From NCBI GenBank assembly GCA_951406725.2, contig OX597814.1, forward strand, positions 152,644,001-152,708,000: a stretch of 64,000 nt of DNA, in the 5' to 3' direction. Below, piece by piece: positions 1 through 64,000 of the stretch. How positions within the stretch are numbered: the stretch's first letter is position 1; each line of letters starts with the position of its first letter. The position numbers and the translations under genes are program-made. A model generated the notes under the pieces. That model had not been told where the DNA came from. It searched no databases and saw only the letters and a list, made by a program, of their open reading frames with translations. The stretch comes from Octopus vulgaris (lineage: Eukaryota).

Positions 1-470
1 GATGCAGACCAAATATTTTCTTTCTCAGGGCTTAGTCAAAGGAGCAAGGGCAATGCCCATGACCATTTGCAAGGCTTCCAAGATATGTGAGGAAAAGGGA
101 GGAGTTAGCCTCAGATCCAGTTCAAATACAGTGGACAGCACTAAGAGTGTCTAAGGGCCAAGCAATAATGTTGAAGTGGTTAAGGGACAAGTACCAAGAT
201 CATGTAGTGTGAGTCCACCCAAAAGGCTTGGGTTGGTTTTAGGTTATGAAAGAAGACATTTGCCCTTCAACATAATAGACCTCTTCAATAGACCATTCAC
301 TTCTGTAGTTTTTAATGTCCCAGCATTAAATATGTGAACACTTCTTTTAACTATTCTTTATTTACACTTTGGCTTTTATATAGCATTTCAAAAAGTATGA
401 ATGTTATGCATTTCTTTTAAAGGGCAAATACATAATTTTTTTACTTGAAAACTGATAAATATATACTTAC

Positions 471-61253
<60,783 letters not shown>

Positions 61254-62793
61254 CTGAAATACAAAGGAAGTAAAACAAAATAAAGTACCATTACTATAGA
61301 GATGAAATTAAAGATAAAATGTAAAGATATTAGTCATTTTGATAAGTATTGAATATTACAACTGGTTATTAAATAGTATATTATGGTATTAAAGCTTATT
61401 ACAATCCAATTCAGTATTCCTCACTTCCTTTCCTGATATTTAACACTATATGAACATATCAAAAGTAGTTAGACTGACAACCTAGTAAAGCACATCCATT
61501 TAGTGTCCCATGAACTAAGGGCATGGTGATGAATTGTAGCATGGTCTAAGACTAGATTAAAGAAATATTTATAAAAATTTTCAAGATTTTCATTGGTCTT
61601 CTAGATCAAGCCATTTTTATTTCATCTGATATATGATCAAAAGAGTCCCACCTGTGATTATCCCTCAAAATGAGAAGTGGTAAATTCACAATCGCTTCCA
61701 TTGTTATTACTTAGCTAAGGTCAACCTTTATCAGTCTTATGATCAAAGACACTCCTATTGTGACCACCCAGATTTTTAAAAAAGTAAAAAAAGACTCCCT
61801 TCGGTCCTGAATGACCAAGAGATTGCACCAAGACAGTTCCTCTCCTAGGCACAAGTCTTGGCATGATTGCTTATGCAAGACAAGCAGTTGCCCATGCATA
61901 CCAGCCCCCCCACCTCCACACTACCAATGTTATCAGCTTGGCACGAGTGACAATGTGATTCATTTCTACAGCTGAGTGAACTGGAGCAGCATGAGATAAA
62001 GTGTCTTGCTCAAGAACACAACACACAGCCTGGTTCGGGAACTGAACTCACTACCTCGTGATTGCGAGCCTGATGTTCTAACCACTGAGCCATGAGCAAG
62101 TATGTATAAGACTACATTATCTAATGTTTCCTTTCTTCAATTAAGACAGCAGGATGTGAATTAAGGGAGATTAGGTGGCTATTTCTAGTAGATCATGTGA
62201 CCACACTGATGCTCTTTTGTCGACTTGTAATAGCAAGAGTATTCCAGTGAAGAGCAATGATCACAGTTATTAGCTTTGAAAGACATAATGATGGTACAAT
62301 GCCACAAAACTACTATAATTAATGGGATATGTGATGCATTTGCCATTGTGAGTGATGTAGTCAACAGAGATAGAAGAAAGTAGATAATAATACATTACTA
62401 AAATACAATATTTAAAGTTTTTTTATATATGAAAAAAAAAGGCTTTATTAAATACATGTATCAAAATAACATTTCACAGATTCAGGTGAGGCGTTCATGA
62501 ACATGAATTAAACAAATATTGAAGATGGATGATAAACGACAGATAGAAAATAACAGATGATAGTAGTAATTTTCTAAAATGTGGCTGAGGGTCAGGTAGT
62601 GGATTGGATGATTCAATAAAACATCAGATAAAATGTCTGAAATATTAAGACACAGACTGTTTACATTCTGAGTTCAAGTCCTATTGAGGTTTACTTGCTG
62701 TTTCATTCCTTCCAGGGAAGAAATATAAAGCATTCTACTCATGAATGGAATTATAATTGCAGACTAACATTTTTATGCATGAATATACCGGCA

Positions 62794-63290
62794 AAAATTT
62801 AGTCATCACTAATTGTGACTGTATGTGCTACAAGCACATATATTGCAAGAAACAGCAGTTAAACCACTTCCTCATCATCGTTTAACGTCCGTTTTCCGCG
62901 CTAGCAAGGGTTGGACAGTTCGACCGGGGTCTGGGAAGCCAGGGGCTGCACCAGGCTCCAGTCTGATCTGGCAGTGTTTCTACAGCTGGATGCCCTTCCT
63001 AACACCAACCACTCCGCGAGTGTAGTGGGTGCTTTTTACGTGCCACCGGCAAAGCATATTTATACATATGCTGACAAGGTTGATAACAGTCCCATGAGTG
63101 AAGCGAAGCTTGAACACTGAACTGCACAATTTCATCCCGAAAGGGTACTGTCAACAGTGTCCTTCATCAATTTGATACAGCAAATTCCCTATATTAATGT
63201 CCTTTTTCGCAGCTATAAGTGGTTTGACTGCTATTTCTAGCAATATATGTTTGTAGCACATACAGTCACAATAAGTGATGACTAAATTTT
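62794..63290. repeat. ~75-bp inverted repeat pair enclosing a family-3 SINE fragment
   Basis: 62794-62869 is the reverse complement of 63217-63290. Confidence 0.8.
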
Positions 63291-64000
63291 ACCCATACAG
63301 TTTACAATGTACCCAGCTACCTACATTAATTTTATATATGAATGAGTGTTGGGGGGTGGTGTACATGAGTGTATTTGGGATGCAGGGGCTCAGATAAATG
63401 TAGTACCTTTGCTACTTGTCAGCTACACTTTGCTAAGGATGGTCAGGTAGATGGGCATCACTGGTCCTCATTCAGCTCCTAATTTCTTACTTGAGGGCTC
63501 CTAGCGCCACTTCAACTGATGGGCTAAACCAAGTAAGGGGATGATGTTAACACTGCACCAATAATCGAAAGATATTTGGTAAAGTTTCCCACAGAGTCAT
63601 CAGCTAGGATGTTGGAACCTGCTCAGGTCAATGAGCTAGTGTTTAGGATCAAGGCATATCATAAGTAGAGGCATGCAGTTCTGGCTAATAGCTTTGAGGG
63701 GAATGGGTGCTGCCAAGCTAACTTACATGTGATATGTTTAGGATGATGGTAACCAAACCAGAACCCATACCACATTGGTTGTCACCAAGGTTAACATCAA
63801 AGTGTTGACAGGTTTCAATTTTATCAACTCACAGACTGAGAGAAGTAGCAAAATCTGGTTGTGACATCATCAATGAATACCTGAATACATGGTCAATGAA
63901 TACATGGTCAAGTGATAAGAAGAATGGAATGAGGTATTTTAGTGTATGTATGCATATATATGCATGTAGATATGTATAAATGTACAAATACACTCTCCTG

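Overview
AT-rich, repeat-dense eukaryotic genomic DNA. The tRNA-derived SINE families, RTE/CR1 LINEs and microsatellites look like those of Octopus; the organism is my inference. The whole window lies inside one minus-strand gene, an ABCC4/MRP4-like ABC transporter. I traced 12 constitutive GT-AG exons from 30878 down to 471 (1905 nt, phases all compatible). They encode NBD1, the linker and most of TMD2; both ends of the gene lie outside the window. The main finding: the exon for the last helices of TMD1 (TM5-TM6, substrate-pocket lining) is present as four tandem homologous copies at 35599-35845, 47318-47564, 53183-53429 and 61007-61253. Each is exactly 247 nt, open, has the same phases and canonical splice sites, yet the pairs I counted are only about 18-57% identical in protein. 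This is the signature of a mutually exclusive exon cassette that swaps the substrate-specificity module of an efflux pump. There are candidate decayed extra copies, and the array probably continues past 64 kb. Introns also hold mariner, Chapaev3-like, hAT and TTAA-flanked elements, fold-back repeats and hammerhead-ribozyme-like motifs of Penelope-like type. All counts and alignments were done by eye.
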